NCBI GenBank assembly: GCA_003344405.1
Contig: NOWV01000300.1
Coordinates: 1-58,738 of the forward strand
Source: Trichoplax sp. H2
Lineage: Eukaryota
Length of the DNA stretch: 58,738 nt
Direction of reading: 5' to 3'
Shown here: piece by piece, positions 24,008 through 39,400 of the stretch
Layout of the letters: each line of letters opens with the position of its first letter
Position numbering within the stretch: position 1 is the stretch's first letter
Translations under genes and position numbers: made by a program
The notes under the pieces: generated by a model
The model's database searches: none
What the model was told of the DNA's origin: nothing
What the model saw: the letters and a program-made list of their open reading frames with translations, nothing else

Positions 24008-27000
24008 TTAATTTCCTAATTCTCTGGAACGATTGCATGACTCTAAAACAGCATCGATTAGGGCCCCTCTAAATCCATTCTTCTCTAATGTATGAACCGC
24101 AGCAATAGTGGTACCACCAGGAGAACAAACTTCATCCTTCAACTAGAATGAAATAATAATATATTCTATTTCAATACACATTTACGTCAACTATGCATCT
24201 ATCCAATTTAAGGACTTTTACTGATGATTCAATAAGAATGTAGTAAACAAATATTTCAAAATAAAAAATGGCTGACTAATACGAATAATTCCTGTCTTTA
24301 ACATGGCATGATCAGGTGCTATTCAATACCTCAGCTGGATGTGCACCAATTTCCATTACCATTTTTCCAGCACCCTATCCAATAAACATTTATATTGCAG
24401 ATATGTTATCACCTTTGGTCAATTATTCAAATTCGCTATCTGTACTCTAACTAGCAATAAGACTATTAATTTTTATTGGTCTTGTTATGATCTAGAATAT
24501 AGATTATATGGTATCATACACTGCCTACAAGTGAGATAACGTACCAATAGAGTCTGTGCAGCTAATTTTAAGGCTAAATGACGTGGTAAACCAGCTTTAA
24601 CACCACCATCAGCCAATGCTTCTATGGCTACGAACATCTATTAATTTATGATTTAATAAATAAAGGAGTAAAATTAAAATTTAGAATAAATTTTAAAGCC
24701 TATAATCAACGACAATTGTGCCACAAATTGATTTGAAATAAATTTTTAGAAGAAGTGATGCTACGAGTGTAACATCATTTATACAGTGGATAGTGTAAAG
24801 TTTACCTAATTAGAATCTTAAATAAATATTGTGCCGAATTTGGACATCAGGAAATAGTTGTGATTATATACGAGTATGCACGTAAGTCACTACTTTGTCC
24901 AACAGACTCATTAAAATTTAAATTAATGCTTATTGTTTTCAACTATAGTTTCAACGAGTTAGCTTAATAATAGTAACTAAACAATTCGTTAGTTTACAGA
25001 TCGAAATTAGAGTAACGATTTATCTTTGTCTAATATGGTTATACGTGTACCGCGTTGATTACTCAGCTACTAAGGAGGCTTGATTTAATTAACAAAGCCT
25101 TACAAATTGCAATGATTCATTACAGCGATACACAGTATATGATACAGAAAATGCTAAGGTTGATCAATCAAAGTACGAGGTGATTTCATTTCAATATCTT
25201 ACATAAGCTGGTCCACTTCCGCTAACACCAACAACGGCGTCTATAAGTGATTCCGGCACTTTTTCGCATAAGCCAACAGCTGACATTAACTTATTTACAG
25301 TTTCGGCGTCCCTAGATTGTGCATAGGTACCAAGGGAATAAGCAGAGGCTCCAGCACCGACCAAACATGGAGTATTGGGCATAACTCGTACAACTCTTGT
25401 TCCGTTCGGTAAGGGCTATAAGTAAGTAAAAGTTGGGCTCTAATTTATATGCTCCAATTCACTGTCATTTAGCTGATTAGGCTAATACAAATTGCTTCAA
25501 GTCAATCAAAAAATCAATGCATACTCAATTGCCATTCAGATTTCAAGAAAGAGATTTGTACATATATACAGTACACACATTTTAAACATCCATTCACGCA
25601 ATTTTTACTGTAATAACAACTATCAATTCTAAACTCTGTTTATTCATATTCTTTAATGACATACATCTTCTATTGCCGGTATTCGTATACCAGCAGCAAC
25701 GGAAATAATTAGGTTCTCGCTTCTAATAACCGGAGCGATCTCTTTCAGGACTTGTGATACGATATTCGGCTTAACGGCAACGATTATGACGTCATTTTTG
25801 CGTACAATGTCTTTGTTATTAGTAGTAACGTTGATATTATTAATTTTTTCCTAAGCAAAAGAATATAGTGGAAGGCGGTACAATGAGAACAATTAAGAAA
25901 TAAAACAAACAATGCAGATTACTACTCCGACCTATAGTACTTGGCAGTACAAATCTGTTGTATATAATTGTTTAAAATAAAATGCACATGCCATTCTAAA
26001 GCATTAACTATTGCATTCAAAGTACAATGTGACGACGCATCCTGCTAACATGAGAAAATTATATTTTCCATGGTCAAGAGGATACATCCAGGTTTCGTTG
26101 GAAACTTAAGGATTTGATAGGCTTAGATTATTCCGAGTTATGTGGCATGGCTCGACGTACAAGTATTACACTATACTATGGTAGATGGAGATTGTAATCT
26201 ACAATAGTATATGAATGTTGTTTCGTAATAGAAGAAGTGCAGTACTGTAGTGCGGTAAAGTCAAAAGCGTACTTCTGCATACCATATATGAATGCAGTAT
26301 AAACAAATAAGATTTAGAACAATCCGAGATTGCATCAGAACTTTATTGTTACAGAATTGTACCGGCGTGACGTCCCTGGTGCGGTACCGCGGAGTCACCT
26401 AAATAACTCAAATCAGGTAGGGGATTGAACTTGGTTCAATGTAAAGTCTATTTTAATCACGGCTAACGCTTAGTTGATTATAATTATAATCAAGGTGGTA
26501 TACCCTATTCACTTTTGCAACACTGTATCAGATTACAGCTTCATTTAGACCGCTATCGCCTTGTCAATGTTGTACTATATAATCTACTGTATTGTATAGT
26601 AAAATCATGTCAAATACAAATTTACCAGGAAAAGTGAAGTCACCACCATCGTGAGCATTAATTAAGGTATTATGTAGTATGTACAATAACCTATTAAACA
26701 AGGATTACTGTAGTCAACAGCTAGAGATATGATCCGAACACAGTCAATGGCTTATCGTTGTACCCTGCAACTACAGTACGTACAACACGTGCTAGAAAAA
26801 ATTACCTTAATTCCTTGGAGCGACTCCATTGAAGGGGCACTGGCAAATAATTTGTCTACAGAAGCTACTCCTTTAAAAATTAATTAAATAAAATAAAAGG
26901 ATAGATCAGTTTAATGCTGCTATCATACATAATTGTAATATTATCGATCTTTCACATTGATATTCTTTTCTGGCTTACTGTACGTGGTACGGTATCGTAT

Positions 27001-27458
27001 TATTCAAAAGAAGCAATCCATACAAAAATGAACATCCAGTGGACACTGATACTGTACTAATAGTAAAGGAGTAGGTAATTACTATTATTTTGATGATGAA
27101 AACAGTATAATCATCCTAGACGTCCATAGAACACGTTAGAACATTGTAGGCAGTCTACCGTAAAATAGCTTTATTTCTTAATGATATTTTATTTCCAAAT
27201 CAGTAAAACGTCGCAAAATCAAGCTAGCTCCCTTGATTGAATGATTATTTTATGTCAACTGAACAATGTAATGTGAAGTATGAATGCTATGCGGCGTAAA
27301 AAAAAAAAAAAGGAATCCATTGACAGTATAATGATTCAAATTGTTTATATATCCTTACTAGATGCGATAAATCCACTAGCAAGAGCTTGTGCCATTTTGC
27401 CAGCTCCAATGAATCCAATGGTCATGTCTTTTAAATCGGCCGGGCTTGATTGACTCAT
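24008..27458 (-). CDS. PYCR: Pyrroline-5-carboxylate reductase (short C-terminus, PYCR3-like architecture)
   Basis: Rossmann motif [81 protein letters not shown], ending RSRELGN*. Confidence 0.96.
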
Positions 27459-30400
27459 TCTTTGGCAAGCTTTTATATACGCGTAAGAAGAGAAAATTTA
27501 CCTTGGATTAACAAAAGTGAAAGTTCGTGGAGTGCAATGCACTGTACACTGTACAGTACAGTAAAAAGGCGTCTACAGACTACAGTACCAGAACTACTGT
27601 CTGTACTGTACACTGTATAGCACAGTACTGTACTTTAAGGGGGAAAATGGGACCCAAAGCTGCACTTGTGTGGAACGTAGGCGATTCACGAATACTGTAC
27701 AGTACATTTCGGACAGAAGGACTTTTCTGATCGAAAAATGCTTACTTAATAAATACAGTACAGTACTGTATAGCAGAACTTAGTAACGGACAGATTCAAC
27801 GTAATATTATTACTTACAGTAATTTAGAAAAAATTAGTCACATTTAAAATCGATCATCTCCATACTTAAAGTACTGTCATAACGAGGTGTTTGGCACAAT
27901 ATTTTGACGAGATGATGCACTGTATAATATATAATATGTATAGGTTGCGGCCAATGTTCGAAGTGGGCCCATATGTGGAAACACTACAAGACTAATAGAA
28001 CTAATAGAGAATGGAAAATTTTCTCTGTCCAACATTACTGATATTGTACTGTATGTAGAGATCTTGATACGGATACAGTACAGTAAAACGTAGGAAATGG
28101 GACGAAAAGTGCCACTCGTCAGTATACAGTGTACAGTATTTAGAATACAGTATACTGTATATTGTAGCAATGTACTGTACATTGTAGGGTACTGATGCAG
28201 AAAGATATACCAAATTATGCGGCTATACTAATTTGGCGTTTTTGCTTGTCTCCTACGAGAGGTAAGGTAGCGACTACAAGGAAGAAATAATCAGCTTTCC
28301 ATGCATGTCTCATAAACTGCATCTGAACTAGTTCAATGCCCATATGTATTTCTATACCTATGGTAGAAAACTTATTGTAAAGAAACTGTTCATCAGCTCA
28401 TGCATGACAGAATGAAGAAGGCATCCTATTAAAAAACCAAGTACCATACACAGTACAGTATACTGTAATGCAGTCAGTACCTTACTCCACAGGTACAGGT
28501 ACGTTTGTACTGTACTGTACAGTGTACAGTACTGTCTGTACATGACTACAAGTGTCTACAACCATGACTATGCATTATGCATTATATCCCCGATCGTTGC
28601 AACGATTAGAGTTACTAGTCCTTGGATTAACGTAGCGATTGATAAACGAAACGAAATTTTATAAATTTTAAGTGAACTTACCGTATGAACTTTAAATAAG
28701 AAAGAAATTGAAAAGATAATGCTGTTCTAAGCACCGATTAACGTGTAGCGGCAATTAACACCCTCCTACGGCTTCAAAGCTTTACGAAAATGGGATCAAC
28801 ACATATGATGAGTGTGACACTGTCGGGTGAAAGTCACAGTGAAAATTACGCTCACTCTACAGTGTACAGTACAGTATACTGTACAGCCTGATACAGATTC
28901 ACTACTGTATGTACAGTACACTACTTTAAGTACTGTACTGTACTGTACACTGCACAATGCAACTACTTGAGCTCTTTGAATTAATTAATCTACAGTACAG
29001 TACTGTACGGCAATAAATATAAGACGGACGGACTTTTCATACCAATGACTAGCGATGAGACCGTAAATGTCGAAAAATTACTACTTACTATACAGTAGTA
29101 TGAATTAGAGAATTGCATTGTCGGCAAATTGCCAATTTCAAAATCACTGCTTCTAATTTACATAATAGTTATAATCTTATATACAGTAATGGTTTCCCTA
29201 GTAGAATTTAGTAATAGATAACGAGATTCAATGTAATATTACTTCATTTCAGAAGAAAATCAGTCAATTCAAAATCAACCGTCTGCATATTTAAATGCTG
29301 TCATAACGAAGTGCAGTATTTGGCCATGGTCATGCACTGTTAGATATTCTGCCTTGTAGACTTGTAGTTCATGCCATGGTTAACCCATTAATGAACTGTA
29401 GGTACTAAAGACCAGCGATGACTAGGTAATGACTGGTTATACGTACACAATATAACAGAGAAGCAATTTCACCAATAAAATAGTAATAATACCCTATCAG
29501 TTTAATACAACGTACTTGCAAGCTAGTCAAAGTTAAAATTACGACTATACTGTATGATATCAATAGCATCTTTCCAATATGATGCGATGCACGCAGCATT
29601 AACAGATTAGATTCAGCTTTTACAAATGATATCTAACAAGACGCATTTCTAAATCCAATAATACAACAGACTATACATTGTCCGTATCCTGTAGTAAAGT
29701 GAATAAAACCACAATAGAAATTTCAAAATTTAAGTAAGCCATCGAAGTATCGCAAATGGAGTCTGTTTTGCGAAGTTCAAAAGGGAGTAAAAAAGATTCA
29801 TCACAGCCAGACTTTGAAAATTTTCACAATTCGAATTAAGCAAGATACACAGTTACACACCATAGCATTATCAGTGTATCATCTCAAATAGCAAACTAAA
29901 TCATGCTAACGCTATTATCGCTTAGCAATTTATATAATCAATCATGAATCATGTAAAGCAGAAATTTCATTAATTTGAAGGAGACCGGTACTGTACCAAT
30001 ACATTGTATAATATTGTACAATACTGTAGATAACTTACTCGTAATACTATACGTTAAATTAAAGCTTCTACCGTACAATAATACGAAAATAATACTGCAA
30101 TTTGCCAATAATCAACGATAATTTGACCAAACATCAAAAAATTTCCCATTATTCAATATAATATCCATTTTTAAGTAATTGTAATACGTAGTTAATGCAA
30201 AGCCGCTTCGGTAGTAGCTATAAACTTCGTGGTATGCTTATTTACATTCAGCTACAAAAAGCTTCTTATCCGCATTCAAAAATTATAAGACATTTAGGAT
30301 CGCTAATGTACTTAAATTGATTTGATTATAAAATTATATATCGATAAATTTAAAATGCATTCATGCAACATGATAGATATTTTTCATCCAATACGAAATA

Positions 30401-30490
30401 TTAAACAGCCCCTATATCTTATAGCACGATCGATTAAAATAGATATGCTTGGGTAACTAATTAATTAACTATGTTTATCCGCAACAAAAA

Positions 30491-33400
30491 CTACGCATCT
30501 ATTTCGCCTTTACCGCCATCTTTAAGTAAGGCAACTTTTGCAGAATTTAGGAGAGTTTTAGGATCAGAATTGTCGCTATCCAACACTTCGTAAGATTCAG
30601 ATAAACTATCTAATCCTGAGCGTTTAAAACTGCCTTTAAATTTGTTATTACTATTACCTGTAGAAGTATTAATGCTATTATTATTATTATTATTGTTACT
30701 ATTATTATTATTAATATTATTTATGGGAGACGCAACTTTCGAAAGAGCCGCACCGCTTGGTGAAGTAGCTGAGGCGCTTAATTTACTTGAAGCACTGAAT
30801 TTTTGCGATTTAAGCAAAGTATCAGGAGCAGGCTGAACTAACATTGGTACGCCTTTTGAATTTGTATTCGAATTTAATGAAGTATCAGGAGCAGGACTTA
30901 AAATTTGCGGTAAATGTAGATTGCCTAATGCACTCATATTTCTAGCTCTTCCTGGCAAATGAAGTGACGGGCTTCGTTTACTATAGGCATCACTTGCGTC
31001 GACAGCACCAAACGATTTGCTTCTTTCGGAACGGCCATGCTTACTAACCATGTCTTCTTCGTTATTATCGAACGATAACGATGCGTTTACTTTAGCATGG
31101 TCCGCTATTCGTCTTGCTGCATGCGACGAGCGATCTTGAGTGAATGACGTCCGACGGGTAGTTTGGAGATCCGTAAATGTTTGGCTATTGTAATTCAGCT
31201 AAAAAACAAATCCTTGTTAGATAATGATACAAAAAATATTCTTGATGCACGGAAATAAACTTACTCTAGAAAGGGATCCTCTAACCATTGGGCTACTTCC
31301 GCTATCGACCTAATAAACAAATTTATACCATAGAGGTTTACAGTCTTACACTCTTACTTATGTAGTTAAAGACTTTTATCTTCATTTTTTCCATCTAACT
31401 TTGCTTACCCGTAGTAAATTTGGGGTACTTGAGAATGTTTGCTTTAAAGATTTCCCGGTAGCAGCCAATTTTTCCTTCACAGCAACCTCCTACGAGATTG
31501 AAAATACTATGAAAACCCTTGAAAAGACGTTGTAAATAAAGCTATAGTGTTCTAACCTGTCTAAGCCGATCAACGGCTAAGATATTTTCAACATTAGAGA
31601 CGCCTCTCGTATATTTTCTCAACATGTTACTGCTATCATCGGCATTTTCATCTTCATCACGGGTTACTTCTGTTAAATCATCCACTTCTTCGTCTTCATC
31701 TTCGATATGCTGTAAGATGAAGTAGTTTTACTATCACGTGTAGACAGCATTAAGATAAAAAGTATATTATATTATAAATACTTGGGGAATTCTTGACACC
31801 AATGTATACGTTACACCACAATTATGTCGAGGAGTCTAGTAAATTTGAAATATTATTAAAATAGTACATCAGTTACAAAATTTGAATAATTTATAACTTT
31901 TTTAATAATAGATTTAGACATTTATTACCTGTGTGAAGCGTTTGAATAACGACAAAGTGAAACCTTGTCTCTTTATAATTTTTAAACAAATTCTTTTTCT
32001 TAGCATTAATTCCAGAGGTGCCGGATGGCTCAATTTAATGACAACCTGCGATATTTATCAAGTTAAAATAAAAATAGAGAGGTTCAACATGAAGAACGAT
32101 TTCTGCGATATTAGAAATATCACAGTTTATTACTACAAGTAGATTCATTAATAAAGCTTTTTGTAACTCACAGATAGGATCATATAAACTCTTTCCGAAG
32201 CCGGTGTTAAACGATTAAGGTAGATGGAGTCATGGACAGAGCTGTCCCAGGAATTGATTGTACAACACTAGTTACATTACAAAAAATATCCATTTTTGAA
32301 GGAGAAGCGATGGAAGTACTAGCTGTACTGATAAGGCTACAGTTTATTGTAGATTATATGATATGATACATAATGATCGCACATCTATCTTACCCCATTA
32401 TCTTCATATCTAATAATTGGTAAATCAACGTTGGTATAACGATTTTCCCGGAAAATTGTGCATTGTGCACCAATTGCATCTATCATCTCAGGATCATTAT
32501 TGACAGTTCGTAGGTCATCTATTTAGTAATAAAAATTAATTAACGCAGATACACTTGTACTGTAAGAATCATAGTAAATCATCAAAAACTAATATCCAGT
32601 GACTAGTAGAATATCTTACTGCTTAAATCCATAAATATGACTGGTATAGCATCCTCCATTCCTGGCAAAGGTTTCCTATTTAAAATAGTTTGTATTAAGA
32701 CTAGCATCATTAAATCAGCTTGAACTAAAACAGCTTACCAATCCTCAGCTGGTGGAGCACCAGGGATTCCAGACCCTGGAGTTGGAACCAGGACCGCGTT
32801 ACGTTCTTCTGTGAGAGCGACCCATTCGTCAATCAAGGACGTTTCTCGCAATGCTGAAGCTGGAGATTTATCTAATACACATTACGAAACGAAAATAAGA
32901 AAGAAATTAATTTATGTTTACTACGATATATACAGTACTTTTTCAATTATTTTGTATTATTACCTTTTACGCCAATTAGCGCATGTATTTGTTCATCAAG
33001 GTACTCTCGTTTCTTCATCAAACCAGCTGTCCACTTTTCCCTAAGTCTACAATATCATATTATTTAATCATTAACAGTGTCAGTAGTAGGAATAATTCCG
33101 ATCATCAATTACCTAACAAGATCTTTGTCTTGAAAGCTGTCCATACTCTTTTGCAACTTTGACCTCGAACAGATACTACCCAAACTTACTGACTTTATAG
33201 ACTCAATAGCCAACGGTAGGCCACCACTGTCTTTAACAGTTTTCACTTTTACGAACATACGCCTTGCGAAGCCTTGCCGCAATTGAAAAATTCCTCCGCT
33301 TAAGTTATCGGATCGAGGAAGTACTTCAACCGGGACATATTCACCGTCATCATTAATTTCTAAAATCTCAACCCATAATTCGGCTTGATGTATGTAATCA

Positions 33401-36400
33401 TACCACCTTAATATATAAAAACGAAATTATTCTTCTATTAGGGCTTCAGTTTCTATCTATGAAAAACTGTCCAAAAAGTTTTGTATCCATAGTCACTCTT
33501 TTGAGTAAATGTCTATTTAGTTCATTGCATACTTTTCCTTCAACGTCTTCGGCTTATGCTGTTCAACTTGATCCGCTAATTCATTTGACAATCCACTAAG
33601 GAAACCCGTGCTGCGATGACCCCACACTTCTATTGCTAGGGAGCAGTCAGAACAATAATCCAAGAAATCATCGCTCACTTCGACCGTGAAAACCTACAAA
33701 TCATAAGAACAGCGAAACGAAGCAGATGTTACTCAATCTTTGAAGGACTCAATCAGTAAAAATATAAGAAGAAAACTAGTCTTTCATCTGTCCTAGTGTA
33801 CTTGATTGTAAGACATGGACTCTTATTATTAATTAACAAATCTATTGCTATTATTTTATTTGCAGCGCATTAATTTAGGTTAATGACAGCAGCATTAATC
33901 AATTCAAACTTATTATGCAAAACGTATTTTTTTGCACCTGTCATCGTACAAAAATGAACAAACCTGAGTGTTATTGAATGCAACATCACTAGTCCTTCCT
34001 GCGGTAGATTGCATCGGATTGTTTGGAGGCACAACAGTGCCAGATTTATCCCAGAAAGTATATTGACAAAATACATAGTTTGACATAGTGGATGGCAGCC
34101 CCGAGGCTGATTTAATTTTTATCTATAAATAAAAAAAGATATGTCATTTAAGTAAGCATGAAGTTACTACAGTACGCCTTTATCTATTACCATGCATTGG
34201 ATGGTGTCTCCAACACATAGACCATCATAAGATTCTGATTCCATATCTTGTGCCTCTTCAATAGGATGATTACTTTTAGAATAATAATAATTCAAGAAAT
34301 CCTCGTCTACGTCTCCTGCATTCCCAACGCGATCTCTTCTCAGTTTTGGTTCTATTAAAATTAACCAATAATAAGCTTCTAACCTAACTATTTTTCGACA
34401 GTAATATCTAGTTAGATTTAATTATTACTAAGTAATAATGAGAATTATCGAACCTTCAATTCTATTGATTTCAATAGCTAAATGCCCGACAACCTTCGAA
34501 AGATATCATAAATCATTAGCGCTCACGTATTTAACATATTCAAGGGCACTGTGGTGTATTCAATATGCAACAAAACTTGCTGCTTGCTGTTATAAATAGA
34601 TAGTTTTATAGATTTTTACCTCGCCTTGTTGACTGATTATAGGTGCAGAATAGTCAAGCTTAACATTGTGATGTAAGCATTCCAAAAACACGTTTGCTAC
34701 ACCGATCAGAGAGTGACTTTCTAGTTCATAAAATGGGTCACTACCTTGGTAAGTCTATTGATGAAAAGTTAAAGATTTTATATAGAGCGTAATAAATGTA
34801 AAAGCGTGACATTCTGATAGAATTCCAGCGCATACTGTACCTTTCCAGGCTGACCTTCGTTAACGATTTCATAAAGCTCTCTCATATCAAATATTTTATT
34901 AGCCAGTTTTTCGACGGTCCAAGCTGAACATTTAATTTGAAACAGCTAAGGATTCCAATTCATTGATCGAACAACACTCACTCAAACATTTATTAAAAAT
35001 ATACTCACTTTGTGTTCCTCTCCTCTTATTTCTAACTATAATTGAAACTTCACAACCGAGAACATCTCTCTGAAATAGAAATTTTTATTAAAATATTAAT
35101 CTTGATACCTATTATAAAGTACCATTGTAATGCAAAATAAGACATAGGATAATATACTTCTTTATTCGGGGTAAGACTTGCTGTAGGTATCTAGAACCAA
35201 CAAGAACGATAGTTTAGGGTTCTTCTAATAGATTTTAAGTGTGTATCAGTAGTCAAGGATAGATAAAAAGCATGGCATGTATTCTTATTCCTATGCTTAT
35301 TACTTGTAGAGTAACTTGAAATTCAGTTCCCTTGTTTAATTCTTCGCTAAGCGTATTAGCTTCCCTAGAATTTAATAGCAGCTAGTCCGTAAACTATAAT
35401 TTAAGAATTAAAATTTCTCTATCAGAAAATTAAGTCCGTACCTTGCTAGTGCCTTAGCTTCAAGAAGTTCATCTTGCAATTTCATAAGTCTTTGCTCAAA
35501 AGCGAAATCGCTACAAGAATCGAAGTTTTTAGAGGTGTACTAGTAAGTATCAAAGAATGTAAATAAAATAGTTAAGGTACCTATCTTCGTCCCAGTCCCG
35601 TTGAGATTCTTCGTTATAATTTTCGTCATCGTACACCTCTGCCCTTTCGTAACCATCATTATCTTGATTGAGAATGTTACCATTATTAGTTCGTTGTTCG
35701 TCATAAGTAACATCTGTGTTTTCTGTGCGCTGTACTTCATTATCATTTTCCTTAGAGTCATCGGTGACCTTTACTTCGTGCTTTTCATTTTTGGGCGTTG
35801 AAGAGGCCATTTGATTCCGCAATTGTTCTAACTGCTGTTCGTACATTTCCTTCTGCTTCTGTAAAGCACCTATACAAGAATTATTAAGTCTTAGATAATA
35901 ATTTTCTCATGCATAAAAGTAACTACTTTAACATTATCAAAAGTAGGATAATTCGCGCTAGTTTCATTTAACGCTCATTTCAGTAATAGAAAGCTACCGT
36001 TGTGCAGTATTTAGTTAGTGAACTTAGATACTTTTAACAAACCTTGTTTCTCTTCATGATACTTTTGTTCAATTTCCTTAATCACGTTTTGGACTGGATC
36101 TAAGAAATTTTAAAATTTAATCATTGGCTAAAACAGATACGATAACTACTTTACCAAATTAGGCCATAGGGTTTCAATCGATACCAACCTACGCTTAATT
36201 CCTCCTTAAATACTTCCTTTTGCGCAAAATGATAGTCTACTATGTTCAAGTCTACGTTGTTACCGCCTACGGCTAGAAATGTAATCAAATATAGAATATT
36301 TTAAATGTCAAATAACAGTAATAGTAGCTATCGTATCGTACTGTATATGCTCTACTTACGACGTTGTCTTGTACAATTAAGTTTAAAGAAGTGATTATTT

Positions 36401-39400
36401 CCCCAAACAATGCGATCGCCATTATATAAGAGCATTTCCTCATTGACTATCTTACCATTTACGTAAGTTCTACGAAATAAACAATTCAATTATTTCACTT
36501 TCAACAATAAAAAGACTGTACATACTGTATCTGCATTACTTAGCATTAGGAAATGGCTTTACATATACATCGCCTTCTTTAACGTTTAGTATACAGTGCT
36601 CTGGTTGTATTCCTAAGCCGTTTAACTGTATATCCTGTAAATAAATTTATAACATCACGATTAAAAATTTAGGTACTATAAAGTTAGTACGAGACATGTA
36701 ATATTATAAGAACGAAACTCTAAATCTTACACTAGAGTTTGAGTTTCCAACTGCAGTTACTTCTTTTAAATAATAGACCAACAGTTGATTTAATGAGGGA
36801 TCAGCGTTAAGGTTTACCAAGTAAAATTTGCCATGTTCCAGTGCTATACCAGACGATTGAACAGATATGCCCAAGTTTTGTAGAACTTCTTGTCTTTCCT
36901 ATTTTAAAAAAAAATATTTAAAAAGTTAGAGCGGTTAATTTTAGGTAACATTTGATAAGATCTCCAATACGGTACTGAAACCTGATGTATTCTTTCTGTA
37001 TTTTTGAGTTTTTGCTCCCAAGTCAATGACATTTCTTTCATTAAAGTCTCGCTTTCTGCTAACTTTTCTTTCAAACCAGCAACCTATGAATGGATGCTAA
37101 TTATATTATGCGTATAATAATGAGTTTATTAAAGTGTTCTAACCTCATGTGGATTACCCATCATCTCTCTCTTACTACCAGGTCCTGGTAGACCTGTGCC
37201 GCGCAATTGACTTTTTAGTCGTTCAACTTCTTCGCGCAACTCACGTATAATCTAATTAGATGCGAAAGTGAACAGCCAAGTTACACTATAAAATCCCTCT
37301 AAACTTAGACAGCTGTATTTTAACAACCTTTGCATTTGGATCCTCGTTAACCACGGCATGATTAACGATACGTTTTGCACGATCGGCGTATCTTAACGTA
37401 GATAATGTTTCATCATAATTATCCAACGCTGGGCTAAGTGTTGCTACCATAACAGTTTTACTATTGCCACCCAAATTGTCCTATATAGTATAAAAAAGGT
37501 ATAGAGTTTGTTATATTACTTAAGGCACTAAGAAAGGATATACCACAATTAAAGTCACAATGCTAAAATTGTTACCTTTAGTAACCATGTAAGTACAGAA
37601 TCACGATAAGGTATGAATGGCTTCTTCTTTCCTCCTTCACGTTTGCCCTCCTAGATTTCATCAATTTCTCGAATTAGTAAATATTTAATTATTGAAAGCT
37701 AAGCAATATTTCTTACCACATCCGCTAAAGCGGATATAACCAAGCCCAAAGTGGTTAATGATCTATAGGGGTGAGAAGTATTTAGTGACTGTCACTGTAT
37801 CAAGTATTTATTAATCCAATGATCCTCCTAACTTGTTAATATTACTGCCTTCCTTTAACCGGTCACCAGCTGCGCCAGTTTTGGTTGCTCGTTCACTTCC
37901 AGCCAAATCTACCAAACTCACTTTACTGACTTTTTCTCCAGAAGCCTAAGATTAAAATTTCGAAATGTTTTTTCTAACTTGCTTCATATTACGATGTTTT
38001 ATTAAAACTAGAGTCGATACCCCAGTAGCTTCATCACATATTATTTGGGTTAGAATTAGGTTAAACACAGCATGTGAACGACTTGATTCTGCATTCATGT
38101 TAGTCGCTGCTACAGTTCTTGATTTATTTCCTTCAATCATAAGGTTTTCTATGTCCTATAAGCAAATCAGTATGCGGTATGTATGTTTATCATGAATAAC
38201 AATCTTATATAAGTAACGATTGCAAAACAAGCATAAGAAAAATCAATACTGATAATTTACCTGAAAAGAAGATACTGCTAGTTTCGATAAATTTTCAACA
38301 TAAGGGCCTAAAATTTTATGTTCTCGAACTTTGAGAGGCTTTTTGTGACTGTTTAAGGTAAATGAAATAATTAAACATAAGCTTTACAATGCATTAAATA
38401 TGTAATGAGATCAAATTTACGATCATTAAACTCAATGCTTCTTACTTCGCAGGATTTAATAAGTCACGAACTTTTTCATTGTAAATTTCCATATATGATA
38501 CTTCAACTTTGTAAGTGTAGTCATCTTTTTCGTTCTAAAAAAAGTAAAAAAACAGGATTGCACTCGCGCATTTTGGTTATCCTTTAACTAACTTGACATT
38601 TAACACGTTAATTTGTAAAGACTCCATAGTTTAATATGAACAGCAATAATGACTACTGAAAATAATAAAGCACAAGGGTACCTGTGATATCATTTCGAAT
38701 AATCGATCGCACAGCCTGGGTATGATACCTCTATCTGTATCTGTTCCCATCATAGTATATGATTTACCAGATCCTAAATGGCATCATTTAACATTAAGTA
38801 AATACACACATAATGGCAATATGCATCCTCTGCTAAAGTATGTTCATAGAATAGTTGCACATTATTATTGACAATTCGTTTCGTGAATAATGCTTTGTAG
38901 ATATCTAAATCTTTAAAACTACAGTATTTCAGAAAACGCAAGTAACAGTCTTTATATATTAAACTTGAAATATATAACTTAGCGATAGTTTCAATATTGA
39001 TAGTAATGATCGTAATACCTGTTTGCCCATACGCGAATATACAAGCATTGTATCCAGCAAATGCATTTTCTAGCACGCCAATACCAAGAGAATCGAATAC
39101 AACTTCTTGGCCTGCAAGTTAATAATTTATTCACTTCATATATATGCAAAACTTGATCCATAAAGCAGAATAAATAATATAGAGTAGAAAGCATATCGTA
39201 CTACAGTATATAGAAAACGTCAAATCGAAATTTAAAATCTTGAATAAATTATTGATCATTTTACGTCCAGGTGCATAGTACAGTATTCAATTTATCTTAT
39301 CCAGTACATGCCGAATTACAACAACTTGGAGTATTATCATTACAAATTTAATAATTTGTACTTACTAGAAAATTTATTTTCCTGATCTGGATCCATGGAC

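Noticed and set aside
26360..26440. tRNA T-arm-like AGTTCAATCCCCT (minus strand) in a PYCR intron
   Set aside because: No cloverleaf or A-box could be built; at most a decayed repeat.
30642..30836. Poly-Leu ORF on the + strand
   Set aside because: It is the antisense reading of the KIF13 poly-Asn codons.
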